This document shows, in pieces, positions 48,876 to 59,499 of a stretch of DNA of 64,000 nt (position 1 is its first letter; each line of letters begins with the position of its first letter). The stretch lies in assembly GCA_963755715.1 (NCBI GenBank), contig CAVWLW010000064.1, forward strand, positions 64,001 through 128,000. Reading direction: 5' to 3'. Below the pieces are notes generated by a model. That model made no database searches. It was not told the origin of the DNA and saw nothing but the letters and a program-made list of their open reading frames with translations. The DNA comes from an uncultured delta proteobacterium. GTDB taxonomy: Bacteria > Desulfobacterota > Binatia > UBA9968. The position numbers and the translations under genes are program-made.

Positions 48876-49679
48876 CTACGCAGTACGCGCGGAAAGATCC
48901 AAGAGCAAGCCGTCGGGATCGGCGATTGCAAATTCGCCGATCTTGCAGCCGTCGATGTCTTCTTGTGTGATATGTCCGAATACGCCGCCGGCCAATTCTT
49001 TTGGCGCGGAGCCGGGATTGGCGCGGCCGAATTCATCGAGGTCCTTCTTTACCTCTTCGATGCTCTCCACTGCGTAACCGAAGTGGTCGATGCCTTCCCG
49101 CATGCTCATATACGAGTGATTGCTCGTGCGTCGGATCGCCAGATCGACCGTGCCGTCGGTCACGCAGAACGCGTCTTCATCGTAGAAATTTTTTCCTTCC
49201 TTGAGATCGAACACTTCGTGATAAAACTCGGCAACGCGTTCAGGCTCCGCAGATCGGATCGCGATATGATTGATCTGCCGCGGCTGCTTCCAGCCGTCGT
49301 CTTTGTAACCTTCCTGCACCTTCGGATGCTGCTTCCATGAAATATCGAATTGCGTTCCCGCCGGATCGTGACTTCGAAACACCGCAAAGGCCACTTGCTC
49401 CAAACCTTTGGTGACCAAAACCTTTGGATATTTCTCTTTGAGTCTTTCAAGAATGACGCCGACGTCGTCCACTTCGAAGCCGAAGTGATCGAGGGCGGAA
49501 TGAAAACCAGGGCGTCTGCGCAAAACCGCGAGACCGATCACGCCGTCGCTGATATGGCCGTGATTGGGTTGGTTAAAGCTCTCCGTGATTCGTTTCATGC
49601 CGAACACGGTTTTGTAGAAATTCGCCATTCCAGTTTGATTCTCGGTATACAGCGCCAGATGTCTGATTCGTGCCGACAT
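48876..49679 (-). CDS. Two-domain VOC/glyoxalase family protein
   Basis: IRHLAL, DHFGF, DPAG; INHIAI, DHFGY, DPDG. Confidence 0.85.
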   Translation of the reverse strand: MSARIRHLALYTENQTGMANFYKTVFGMKRITESFNQPNHGHISDGVIGLAVLRRRPGFHSALDHFGFEVDDVGVILERLKEKYPKVLVTKGLEQVAFAVFRSHDPAGTQFDISWKQHPKVQEGYKDDGWKQPRQINHIAIRSAEPERVAEFYHEVFDLKEGKNFYDEDAFCVTDGTVDLAIRRTSNHSYMSMREGIDHFGYAVESIEEVKKDLDEFGRANPGSAPKELAGGVFGHITQEDIDGCKIGEFAIADPDGLLLDLSARTA

Positions 49680-49890
49680 CACTTCTCCCTTCGGTTAGAA
49701 CGCGTGGGTCGTCGCAACTCCACATAACAAAACCAGTCAAGTCGCGTCAACGGGTTTCCCTTCAAAGCCGTCATTCACTCTTGCCACATTTTTCCTGTCG
49801 CATCTTCATTCGCCTACGGATCGTGTGATATAGAGTCGTTCGCCAAACAATGCAGGTCGCGAACCCCGTGAATGTAATCAAGGAGTGAAC

Positions 49891-50574
49891 ATGAAAAACA
49901 AAGTCTGGATGCCACTGGTCGTTCTGGTGGTGCTGCTTTCATTAAGCTGGATCGCGAGCTCGCAGGAACCAAAAAACAACATGACTTTTTTCATCACCAG
50001 CGTCGGCTCGGGAAAAGGCGCCGACTTGGGCGGGTTGGCGGGCGCGGATAAACATTGCCAAGCCCTCGCGCAAGCGGTTGGCGCCGGCAACCGTACTTGG
50101 CACGCCTACTTGAGCACTAGCGCAGCCGATGGCAAGCCCGCCGTCAACGCGCGCGACCGCATCGGCAAAGGTCCGTGGCAAAACACCAAAGGCGTCGTCA
50201 TTGCGAAAGACGTCGACGATCTGCACAGCAACAACAATAAGATCAACAAAGAAACCGGGCTCAGCGAGAAAGGCGAGACCATCAACGCAAGCGGCGACAA
50301 ACCGAACATGCACGACATCCTCACCGGCTCTCAGCCCGACGGCCGCGCGTTCTCGGGGAGTGAAGACATGACCTGCCACAACTGGACCAGCAGCACCACC
50401 GGCACCGCCATGCTGGGCCACCACAACCGCCAAGGGCAGCGCGACGACGAATCTTCCAGATCGTGGAACTCGTCGCATCCATCCCGCGGCACCGGTACCA
50501 GCGGCGGATGCAGCCAAGAAGGATTACGCAGCTCGGGCGGCAACGGTTTGTTTTACTGCTTCGCGGTAAACTAA
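49891..50574 (+). CDS. Secreted endostatin/C-type-lectin-like disulfide protein
   Basis: Signal peptide; GGLAGADKHCQALA, ARDRIG.GPW, HDILTGS, C.NWTS and FYCFA. Confidence 0.8.
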   Translation: MKNKVWMPLVVLVVLLSLSWIASSQEPKNNMTFFITSVGSGKGADLGGLAGADKHCQALAQAVGAGNRTWHAYLSTSAADGKPAVNARDRIGKGPWQNTKGVVIAKDVDDLHSNNNKINKETGLSEKGETINASGDKPNMHDILTGSQPDGRAFSGSEDMTCHNWTSSTTGTAMLGHHNRQGQRDDESSRSWNSSHPSRGTGTSGGCSQEGLRSSGGNGLFYCFAVN

Positions 50575-50699
50575 TCGATTCGGCACGTTCTAGAGGCAAT
50601 ATAATCCGCGAGCGGCTCGCGGGTAAGAACGTTTAAATATTCGGGGACAAACTCAATTTTACCCCAATCACTGCTCTCGCAGGCGAACATCTCGACAAG

Positions 50700-52046
50700 T
50701 TAGAGCGAATCCAGGAATGCTAACAATTGATTTTTCTGCGCCTCGGATAGGGCGTTGTAATTCTTCGTCACCTCTGCCGCCTGCCCGGCATGACGCTGGA
50801 TGGCGTCCTGTTTGGTGAACGACAAGCCATCGTGCATCAACCGATTGCGAGTCCGTAGCGCCCACAACGGGGCAGTTCGGATCTGATTGGCGGTTGTCGC
50901 ATATTCGGGCAAAGGCAGAACGGGTATGCCGTCGCCCGTGCCGATGTTGTGCAACAAGAAATCGCTGTAAGGATGGATGATCTTGTTGCCGAGCGCGGCT
51001 GGCACAGTCAACACACCGCCGTTGATCTTCGCGCCCGGACGCGCCGTGGTGATGGAAGAAGTATGGCAAACGGCGCAGCCAACTTTGTTAAACAACGCTT
51101 CTCCTGCGAGCACGTCAGCCGACAACGGCCCTCGCGGGGGCGCCTTGGTAGAGCGCATAAAGTCAGCGAAGGCCACAACATCCTCACCATCGTCCTCGGG
51201 GTCAGCAACCGGATCATATCCCGAACCCGAACCGACAAAGCGGCCATTGGAGGTGTTCTCATCCGGAAACAAAGGTGTGGTAATACCCATTTCGTTGAGG
51301 TAAGCGTCGGCGGAAAATGATTCTAGGCTGGCATGCTGACCTTTCCAGCCAAAGCGCCCGATGCGGGCACGGCTCCCCGCTTCGAGCACGGGAACCATAA
51401 CGGCGGTACCGCGCATCCCTGCAGGTTGTTTGTCTCGAATCGCAAGCAGAGTGCTATTCGCAATGGCCTCTACGAAGCCGTTGCCAAGGGTATTTGTCGA
51501 GATACGGAAACTCCGGATAGAATCCGCGGGGGTGATTTGCTCGACGATATCAGGATAAGTAGCGCGCGAGTGGATAAGAGTTCCGCCCAGGGATTCAAAG
51601 AACTGACCGTTCTCTGTGCGCCCGGATCGCAGCTCCGCTACCTGGCTGGCGCCTCCTGTGACGACGTTCTGGTGGCACTCTCTACAGCTCTGTGCGTTAT
51701 AGGTGGGACCGAGTCCATCTTGAATCGTCTCAACCTCCTCGAAAATGAAACGGTTATCGTTAAACGAACGGAGCGCTACGACATTGTCCGCATTCAGTGT
51801 TTCGAAAGGAGCCCCTTGCTCAGTGAAGCCGTTGGTCAGGTTGTCAAAACCGGTCGGCGCCTCCGTCGCGTCGCTTTTCGGGTCACCAACGACGGAGCGA
51901 TCTTCGTCTTCCATCACGCCGTTATGACGGAATCGATCTCCGCGGTTCTGGCGGTTTGCTTGAGAGAATACGTTTTGACTTTGCAGAATGAGAAACCCGA
52001 CTAACCCCAGAACCATCAACATCAGAACCATTAATTTTGTGTACAT
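50700..52046 (-). CDS. Di-heme oxidoreductase (DHOR/thiol oxidoreductase) family protein
   Basis: GLGP.YNAQSCRECH and CAVCH heme c motifs; GRFGWK, AY.NEMGIT, RTAPLW and MHDG. Confidence 0.88.
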   Translation of the reverse strand: MYTKLMVLMLMVLGLVGFLILQSQNVFSQANRQNRGDRFRHNGVMEDEDRSVVGDPKSDATEAPTGFDNLTNGFTEQGAPFETLNADNVVALRSFNDNRFIFEEVETIQDGLGPTYNAQSCRECHQNVVTGGASQVAELRSGRTENGQFFESLGGTLIHSRATYPDIVEQITPADSIRSFRISTNTLGNGFVEAIANSTLLAIRDKQPAGMRGTAVMVPVLEAGSRARIGRFGWKGQHASLESFSADAYLNEMGITTPLFPDENTSNGRFVGSGSGYDPVADPEDDGEDVVAFADFMRSTKAPPRGPLSADVLAGEALFNKVGCAVCHTSSITTARPGAKINGGVLTVPAALGNKIIHPYSDFLLHNIGTGDGIPVLPLPEYATTANQIRTAPLWALRTRNRLMHDGLSFTKQDAIQRHAGQAAEVTKNYNALSEAQKNQLLAFLDSL

Positions 52047-52310
52047 AGTTTCTTTTGCAACGAGCGCCGTGGGCGACGCTCCTCCATCGATCTTTTCATT
52101 AGGCGCTTATTTCCTGCGAAAACTCTTATCGGGTGCGACTGCTCAGCGAGATCAGCGTCTCGCGTGCCCCTTGTGCGATTGCAGCGTCCGTGGACACGTG
52201 CGCTCGGCCGGCGAAAGGCCAGTATAGCTCTAGGTTCACCAGCACTGGCTCACTGGGCGGGTGAGTAGCGGGTGAGTAATACTCTGCACAAAACTTTGTT
52301 CGCGGTGGGA

Positions 52311-52325
52311 GCAATGTGTATGCCA
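52311..52325 (-). promoter_or_regulatory. Sigma54 -24/-12 promoter
   Basis: Reverse strand TGGCAT-ACACA-TTGC with an AT-rich upstream tract; points toward the DHOR gene. Confidence 0.6.
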
Positions 52326-52740
52326 GCACCAATACTTTAGTATAAGAATGCGATCAGCACATTGACGAAATCGAGGAATATTGTGCGATTTAGCCCGTTA
52401 GAAAATTCGCAAAATTATTTGTAATGATTCAATCAGCCGCAGCGGTGCTTAACTTACGAATGAAAACTCATCCGGCTTTGTATGAAGCCTCCTTCACCGA
52501 TAAGCGCGAGCACGTGCAGAAACGCAGACCACTGCTACGCGAGGTACAGCGTCTTTGACTTTCCGTCGGTCGTTCGTTTTTCTTGTACTCATTCTGGGGT
52601 CAACGATTGCGAAAGCCATACTTGGCGCGTGTGCCGTCCTTGACGGCAGTGACTGCCCTGCCCTATTTTACGCGCAACCGACTTCGACTGAATAACGATC
52701 GAAACGTTGGTGCTGTCACGCTCCCAGGAGGCGCTTCAGG

Positions 52741-53736
52741 ATGAAATTGCGATTGATCACTTTGCTTATTTCTGTTCTCTCTTTCTTCATCTTTGGCTTC
52801 CAATATTCTTACGCTGCGGCGCCTTTGACTAAAGTGATCATGACCAGCGGATCGGTCAGCGAGAGAGAAGGAGCTATATACGTTGCGCAGGAACACGGCT
52901 TCTTTCGTAAGTACGGCGTCGACGTTTCGTTCGTGCAGGTGCGCAACGGGCCGGTAGGCATGGCCGCGCTGAGTTCCGGAGAGACACAGTTCCACTGGGG
53001 ATCGGTCTCGGGCGCCAACCTCGGAGCGATCGCGGAGGGAGCCGACCTGGTTTTTGTCGCCGGTTTCATTAACCGACTCACCGGCATGTTCGTTGCCAAT
53101 CCAAAAATCAAAAGCCCGGCCGAACTTAAAGGTAAGAGCATCGGCGTTAACAGCCTGAGCGGCGGCGGATGGATTTTTACCATGCTCGCGCTGGACCACT
53201 GGGGCCTTGTGCCGGAGCGGGACAAAATACAGTTCAGATCCCTCGGCGATCAATCCGTCATGGTGCAAGGCTTCATGGCCGGCACCGTAGACGCTGTGGT
53301 CGTTGGCTACGCGCACGGCAGGAACTTACAGAACAAGGGCTATCGTGTCTTGGCCGATATCGAAAAACTACCTATTCCGTATCAAGGATCGGGACTTCTA
53401 GCACGCCGTGGATTTATGATTTCGTCGCCAGCGACAGCGGAAAGTGTATTGAGAGGTCTGCTCGATGCGGTGGCATTCATTCGCAACCCGGCGAACAAAG
53501 CCGATGTCATGAAGGCCGTCGCCAAAGGCATGCGTCTGCCGCGCGTCGAAGATGCCGAAGAGGGCTATCACAGCATGGCCGGACTTTACGAGAAAAAGAT
53601 TTATCCCAGCGTCGACGGCATCCGCAACGTCATTCGTTTGCTGGGCATGAACAACGAAAAAATCCGCCGTCTTAAAGCCGAGGATTTGGTCGACGACAGC
53701 ATCGTGAGGAAATTGGAAAAAGACGGACGGTTCTAA
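52741..53736 (+). CDS. NMT1/THI5-like ABC substrate-binding protein
   Basis: Signal peptide; GFFRKYGVDV, LKGKSIGV and LVDDSIVRKLEKDG. Confidence 0.9.
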   Translation: MKLRLITLLISVLSFFIFGFQYSYAAAPLTKVIMTSGSVSEREGAIYVAQEHGFFRKYGVDVSFVQVRNGPVGMAALSSGETQFHWGSVSGANLGAIAEGADLVFVAGFINRLTGMFVANPKIKSPAELKGKSIGVNSLSGGGWIFTMLALDHWGLVPERDKIQFRSLGDQSVMVQGFMAGTVDAVVVGYAHGRNLQNKGYRVLADIEKLPIPYQGSGLLARRGFMISSPATAESVLRGLLDAVAFIRNPANKADVMKAVAKGMRLPRVEDAEEGYHSMAGLYEKKIYPSVDGIRNVIRLLGMNNEKIRRLKAEDLVDDSIVRKLEKDGRF

Positions 53737-53820
53737 CCTGACAAAGGCGGAGCATCAAAATTAGCCGCGCACCATATCAGCCCCCGCGATTCGAATTGGG
53801 TGATCTGAAATCTGTTTATT

Positions 53821-54405
53821 TTACCGCGCAAGCGGCGCGTTCCAAATCATAAACGCTGGAGACTCGCGGTAGTAACCGAGGACGTTCAGCGTCGCGGTGT
53901 CGAGCAAGAAATTCTCGCCATAGTTTGCCGATAAGTTGATCCAGCGCGCCGCGAGAACGCGGGTAAAATGTCCGTGGCCGAACAAGGCGACGTTTCCCGC
54001 TGCGGTGCGAACCTTGGTGATAACGCGATCGGCGCGCGCGCCGACCTGTTCCGGCGACTCGCCGCCCGGACAGCCGTCGCGAAAAACCGACCAACCCGGC
54101 CGAGTCGAGCGAATCTGTTCCGTCGTGAGTCCCTCGTACTCGCCATAGTTCCACTCGATCAAGTCGGGCTCGACATTGGCAAATTGGCCAAGCCCAGCGA
54201 GTTCGCAGGTTTCGCGGGCGCGCTGGAGCGGACTCGTGAGGACCAATGTAAAGGTCACCTTGGCCAGAATCGGTTTGAGAAGCCGCGCGGCCATTCGTCC
54301 GTTCTCGGTCAGTGGAATATCGGTGACGCCCGTATGTTGTCCATTGAGACTCCACTCGGTTTCGCCGTGGCGCAGTAGGTAAACTTTTTGTTCCTCTGTA
54401 GACAC
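53821..54405 (-). CDS. Histidine phosphatase family protein
   Basis: LLRHGETEW, SPLQRA.ET, EWNYG.YEG, PGGES and HGH. Confidence 0.92.
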   Translation of the reverse strand: MSTEEQKVYLLRHGETEWSLNGQHTGVTDIPLTENGRMAARLLKPILAKVTFTLVLTSPLQRARETCELAGLGQFANVEPDLIEWNYGEYEGLTTEQIRSTRPGWSVFRDGCPGGESPEQVGARADRVITKVRTAAGNVALFGHGHFTRVLAARWINLSANYGENFLLDTATLNVLGYYRESPAFMIWNAPLAR

Positions 54406-54653
54406 AGGTCGATCCCGCTTGATTGCCCTTCACTCCGTTAGAAAATCCATAGCATAATAATGCCAACTTCCGCCAAGAAAGAGCATTGGCAGCAACCCGC
54501 CTCAGTCAATGCGGATCGCCGCACAGAGACGGCGCTTGCCTCTGCCGGACGAGCAAAATGATTTCGGCGATCATCATCGGCGTTTTCCCTCGATTGACTT
54601 TTGTTAGCGAGTTTATAATACCCAAGTTAAAAATTGTGAAGAGGCGAAGAAAA

Positions 54654-55550
54654 ATGTCGACAAAAAATTTATCGGTCACCATCGCGCGCATCGATCATGG
54701 CGTTTTGCCGTCCAACGATCTCGGCCGCGCTTTTCGTTTTTGGTCGGGCTTCATGGGCGCTCGCCTCGAGTTTCTGACGAATATGAACGCGCGCGGTCTC
54801 AATCGCGAGGTGCCGCTGATCGTCTTCTTTGCGGTCGCCAATCATCCCGGCTTCGGCATCGCCTTGCAGGATTTTCGCTTGGCGAAGCCGGTGCGAGCGC
54901 TCGAAGGCGTGGTGTGGGCTTTCGAAGTCGCCGCCGCCGATCTCTCGGCGGCGAGTCAAGCAGCCGAAAAGCAAAAATTGGCTTGCCAGCGCATCGATTA
55001 TCCTGCATCGAGCCCGCTCCAAGCATCGCTCTTCGTCCTTGATCCGGACGGCAACACCGTCGAGCTGTGCGTGAGAAAAGATCCATCGGAGCTCGCGCCG
55101 CAAGGCAACGTAGTGCCGCTTCGGCGCATCAGCCACGTGCGCATCGAGGTCACCGATCTCGATCTCGCCCGCTCGTGGTATGGCGAGACTTTCGGCTTGA
55201 TCGAAGCCGATCAGGTGCCGGGCGAAGACCAGCTGACTTTGACGGTGCCGCAATCCGGGCAGTTTTTGATTTTGCGCAAAGTGGACAAGGTAGCGGAGCG
55301 CAGCACTCAGTGCTTCAAAGGACCGCACATCGACTTTCGCGCCGGCGCGGATTGTTACGCGGAGATCTTTAAACGCTTCGACCGTCGGGAAACTTACTGG
55401 GGTCCCAATCCAAATCAAATCCCGTGGCACGAGCCCGATAGCAATACCGCGTACGGCTATGATCCGTTCGGCAATCGCATTCAGATCGGCGTCCTCGCCC
55501 AGCGCCCGATGACGTTCGGTAACGTGAGTCACGTGGCAAGCCCCACTTGA
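54654..55550 (+). CDS. Two-domain VOC family protein
   Basis: IDH, DPDGNTVEL; ISHVRIEV.DL, PHIDF and DPFGNRIQ. Confidence 0.8.
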   Translation: MSTKNLSVTIARIDHGVLPSNDLGRAFRFWSGFMGARLEFLTNMNARGLNREVPLIVFFAVANHPGFGIALQDFRLAKPVRALEGVVWAFEVAAADLSAASQAAEKQKLACQRIDYPASSPLQASLFVLDPDGNTVELCVRKDPSELAPQGNVVPLRRISHVRIEVTDLDLARSWYGETFGLIEADQVPGEDQLTLTVPQSGQFLILRKVDKVAERSTQCFKGPHIDFRAGADCYAEIFKRFDRRETYWGPNPNQIPWHEPDSNTAYGYDPFGNRIQIGVLAQRPMTFGNVSHVASPT

Positions 55551-55568
55551 CCTGATGAAATTTCACCT

Positions 55569-56570
55569 ATGACTTCTGTAATTTCACAGTTGCTCGCTGT
55601 CCTTTTCCTCCTAAGCATCGAGCAAGCGTTTTTTTTGGGCGCGAGCCGCGCGGCGTCAGCCGAAGAGAAGGTCCGTCTTTCAGTAGCTGCCGTGACCGGC
55701 AGCTACATGGATGAATTCGTCGCCATCGAAAAGGGCTACCATCGCGACGAAGGCCTGGCGGTGGAAATGATTCGGGCCGGTGGCGGCGTGGCGACGCAAG
55801 CGCTGATCGCCGGCGATCTTCACTTCAGCACCTCGGCGGGCTCGGCTCTCGGCGCCATGCTGCGTGGTGCCGATATCAAAGTCATCTATACGAACATCGA
55901 CCGCCCCGGCTACCAATTGTGGTCAGGCCAACCCGAGATCAAGACGCTAAAAGATTTGATCGGCAAACGGGTCGGCGTCACCAGCCGTGGCGACACTCAG
56001 GAGCTCTCGGTCCGGCTGCTTCTGCGAAAGCACGGCCTTGACGCTAACTCGGTCGCCTATGTTCCCGTCGGCTTCGGCGCGACTCGGCTCGCCGCGCTGC
56101 AGACCGGCACGGTCGACGCCGTGCCTCTCGGCGCCGGGGATTTCGCGCAGTTGAAACAACCGAAGGGCCATATGCTCGGGGACGCGGAAAAAGAAATCCG
56201 TTTCGCCTACGTCGGTCTGGCCGTGCCAAGCCGACTGTTGGCGCGCAATCCAAACCTAGTCGAGCGTTTTCTCCGCGGCGTGATTAAAGGACGGGAATAT
56301 GCGCGCCGCTATCGCGAGCAGACGATCCCAATTATCGGCAAGTACACTCAAAGAAAGCGCGAATTCAACGAGGTGGATTACGACACGACACTTCCGGTAT
56401 TGACCGCCGAAGGCTGGGTAGGCGATGAAATTCTGAAAGAAGATGTCGCCATGCGCGCCGAACTCGTCAACGTCGTAGCGCCGGCCGATTTTGCCAAGTT
56501 CTTCGATTACAGCATCGTCAAAAAAATCTACCGGGAGCTTAAGGCCTCCGGATGGAAGCCCGCGCCGTAA
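55569..56570 (+). CDS. NMT1/THI5-like ABC substrate-binding protein
   Basis: Signal peptide; KGYHRDEGL, LIGKRVGV and FFDYS. Confidence 0.9.
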   Translation: MTSVISQLLAVLFLLSIEQAFFLGASRAASAEEKVRLSVAAVTGSYMDEFVAIEKGYHRDEGLAVEMIRAGGGVATQALIAGDLHFSTSAGSALGAMLRGADIKVIYTNIDRPGYQLWSGQPEIKTLKDLIGKRVGVTSRGDTQELSVRLLLRKHGLDANSVAYVPVGFGATRLAALQTGTVDAVPLGAGDFAQLKQPKGHMLGDAEKEIRFAYVGLAVPSRLLARNPNLVERFLRGVIKGREYARRYREQTIPIIGKYTQRKREFNEVDYDTTLPVLTAEGWVGDEILKEDVAMRAELVNVVAPADFAKFFDYSIVKKIYRELKASGWKPAP

Positions 56571-56841
56571 TCGAGCTCAGCTTGCTGTCCAACTTACCCG
56601 GATCGCTCAAAGGGTGGAATTTTCCCATCATCTCGGCGTCGATCCAAGCCATTGCCATTTCCACCGCGTAAACTTCGGCTTGATCGATGAGTTTGAAACG
56701 GTCGGATGGACCCGACAATAATTGAATGCGCTTTATACCTTCTTCCTCCCAGCTCACGTCGGCATAAGGGATCCAACAGTCGGTGTCCAAATTCAACCGA
56801 GGCATCGTGCGAATATGGCGAGCCTTATATATTTCTTCCAA
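56539..56841 (-). CDS. Small hypothetical protein
   Basis: TTG start with GGAGGG RBS; YKARHI..W.P..VSW..F...AE..A...A..WID pattern. Confidence 0.55.
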   Translation of the reverse strand: MEEIYKARHIRTMPRLNLDTDCWIPYADVSWEEEGIKRIQLLSGPSDRFKLIDQAEVYAVEMAMAWIDAEMMGKFHPLSDPGKLDSKLSSITARASIRRP

Positions 56842-56883
56842 GTTCGTTGGCCCTCCGCGCCCAGCGCTTCCATCCACGGATTA

Positions 56884-57571
56884 TCAATTCCGCGGCGACA
56901 AGAAGGACAGGAGTTGGAGATTATCCGGATTGACGAACTCGCCTTCGACCCGCACCGGATCGCCGCGCCGCAACGCGCGAAAATTATCCACATCGGCTGC
57001 TCGCGCATTGTACGGCACCGATACGGTAACCATTCTGCCGTTGCTTGGCCGGACATCGAAGACGCCCAAATTGTAATCGACTCGGTCTACCGTTCCTTCG
57101 ACGACATCGGTTCTCGGGCGAGGTGGTGTTGTAGTGCGGCGCGCGACACTTGGCCCGCTGCGAGCCTGAACCGGCTCTTGAACGCGTATAGTTTCAACCA
57201 ACGCGCCATTGCGCGGCGGCGTTTGATAAGCGATGCGATCGCCGGCTTCCAGATCATCTGCAATATAATCTCGGCCATGATAGATCACTCTCGTGCGATT
57301 GACATCGTAGCGCAGAACATCCCTTCGACCATCATCCGCGACGACCCGGAGCTCGCGTCGGGCTGGATCAATTTGATCGATCTCAGCCGATATTTCACCC
57401 GGTTGTAGGCGTGTGTCTTCGGCTAATGCACCTCGAACTTTGCCCGAACGAACTTCGTTCAAGCTCGGTCGCTGGACGGTCTCCACTGGAACGCAACCGG
57501 ACAACGAGATTATTCCTGTCAAACAACATGGATGAAAAAACAGATGCGCCCAATCGGTTTGACAGCTTCAT
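56884..57571 (-). CDS. Lipoprotein with two DUF5666-like OB-fold repeats (+1 frameshift near 57522)
   Basis: Lipobox LSGC; repeats LEAGDRI and LRRGDPVRVEG; signal MKLSNRLGASVFSSML in the adjacent frame with a strong RBS. Confidence 0.7.
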
Positions 57572-57956
57572 AGGAACTGCCCCCTTTCCTCTAAAAGAGA
57601 ACTGTATCAAAGAATGTGCCAGGGGCGCGCAATGAAACGCAGCACTGACAATCCGATGCTCCGCGGCGAATTTGACATTTTGCAACGCCGGCGGCGGATT
57701 AAATTCCCGAGTGAATTTTCTATTACACTAACGAATGTTGGGCGATTATCGGCGCCAAATTGGATCATGAAAACGAAGACCGCTTGTATAGGAATGCGGC
57801 GATCTTCAAGCTTACCCAGTCGGATATTCCCGAAATGAATATCGGAAAAATGCCCACACGCTAGGAGGCAAAATTCCTTCAATTCACGAGGCGGCCACGG
57901 CCGCGCGCACTGTATTTAATTAATTTGAGAGCCTGCAGAGACGGGGCTTTTGTTCG

Positions 57957-59389
57957 CTATCTACCGGCGATTTTTTGTTCGAGAAATTCGCGCCAATCGC
58001 CGGCGACTTTCTCTTTCAGCGTGCGGCTGGCGCCGCTGACCTTGGGAAACTTTTCTTGCCACTCGTAGGGCCGGGTGGCGTCGATTATCGCGCGCGAGCT
58101 GTGGCCGACCCGATCGCGCGCGATGCGCGGGTCGAGCGGGCCGCTCCACGCGCGGCGCAGGATCTCGATCGACTCGGCCGGATCGGAACGGCTGCTGAGC
58201 GCCCACAAAAATTCTTCGGAATTGGTGATGTCGACGTCGTCGTCGACTACGACCACGTAGCGGCCCAGATACGCCCCCGAGCGGCACTGGCTCGCAATCA
58301 TGCCCGCCTGGCGCGCATGACCGGGGTAGCGCTGCTTGATCGAAACAACGGTTAGAAATCTGCCGCCGGCCGGATGGCACCACACGCCTTTGACATCGGG
58401 CACACCGGCTTCGTCCATCGCGTTCCAGATCAACGACGAGCGCATGAGCGAGAAATGCACATTGTCGCCGCTCGATGGTTTCAATAACGGGAAGCCGCAG
58501 AGAATCGGATCGTTGCGATAGTAAATCGCTTTGATTTGGATCACCGGCACGGCCGGCTGATTGCTCGCGTAGTAACCCGTCCATTCACCGAAAGGCCCTT
58601 CGGGCATAACGTCTTCGACCCCGACTTCGCCTTCGATGGCGATCTCGGCATCGGCGGGAATCGGCAAGCCCGTGAGCGGCCCGTGAATAACTTGTAGCGG
58701 CTTACCGAGAATGCCGCCGGCGTAATCATACTCGTTGACCCGGTTGGGCACGTCGGTCGATGCCACGACGAAATTGATCGGATGGTGGCCGAATGAAACT
58801 GCGACGGGAAATGGTTTTCCCTGCGCGTGATATTTGTCCTTGTGCACGCGGCCATGCTTGCCTGGCGACATGTGCAGCGCCAGACGATCCGGGCCATGCA
58901 CCATAATTCGGTAAGTGCCGACGTTCACCCAATCTTCTTCCGGGTCGCGCGTGATACCAGATCGTCGGTGCCGATGTAGCGCCCGCCGTCGAGCTCGTGC
59001 CAGCGCGGCACGGGAAACTGGAGCACGTCGATGTCTTTGCCCTGCTTGACGTTTTCGAAGAGCGGTCCGGTTCGAACCGTTTCAGCGCGAATCGGTGTAA
59101 TTTTCTTCACCTGCTCGCGCCAAGCCTGGACAAAATCCATATCGCTCAGACCCGCTTTCATGCCGAGCGTCAACGCCAAACGTCCGACTGAAGAAACCAA
59201 ATTCGCCGCGACCCGATAGCCTTGGGGATAATCTTTGATGCGATCGAAAACGATCGCCGGTCGCGTCCTCGAGCGCTCGTTGATGATTTCCGTAAGCGTC
59301 GACAGCTCGAGATCCCAGTGAGCGTTTTCAACGGTCATCAACTGGCCGAGTTTATCAACGTCGCTAAGCCAAGTGCGTAGGTCTGGCAT
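57957..59389 (-). CDS. UbiD family decarboxylase (-1 frameshift near 58955), paralog of 22247..23674
   Basis: DLRTWL, DGGRYIGT, NVGTYR, EGPFGEWTGYY, QRYPGHARQAG and WSGPLDP. Confidence 0.88.
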
Positions 59390-59499
59390 ATTATTTTGTT
59401 CTTTTCCGAGTTTTGTCTCTTTGCCTTTAGAGAATTAAGATTTCAAATCGTTCAATCGCTACGCTCCGTTCAAAACGTAGGGAACGGTTGGAACGGCCG

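Noticed and set aside
57607-57621. Sigma54 promoter TGGCACATTCTTTGA upstream of the lipoprotein
   Set aside because: -12 element is GA rather than GC; plausible but not supportable as a feature
18692-58960. Programmed ribosomal frameshifting or phase variation
   Set aside because: No shared slippery heptamer or long SSR; sites are scattered over unrelated genes
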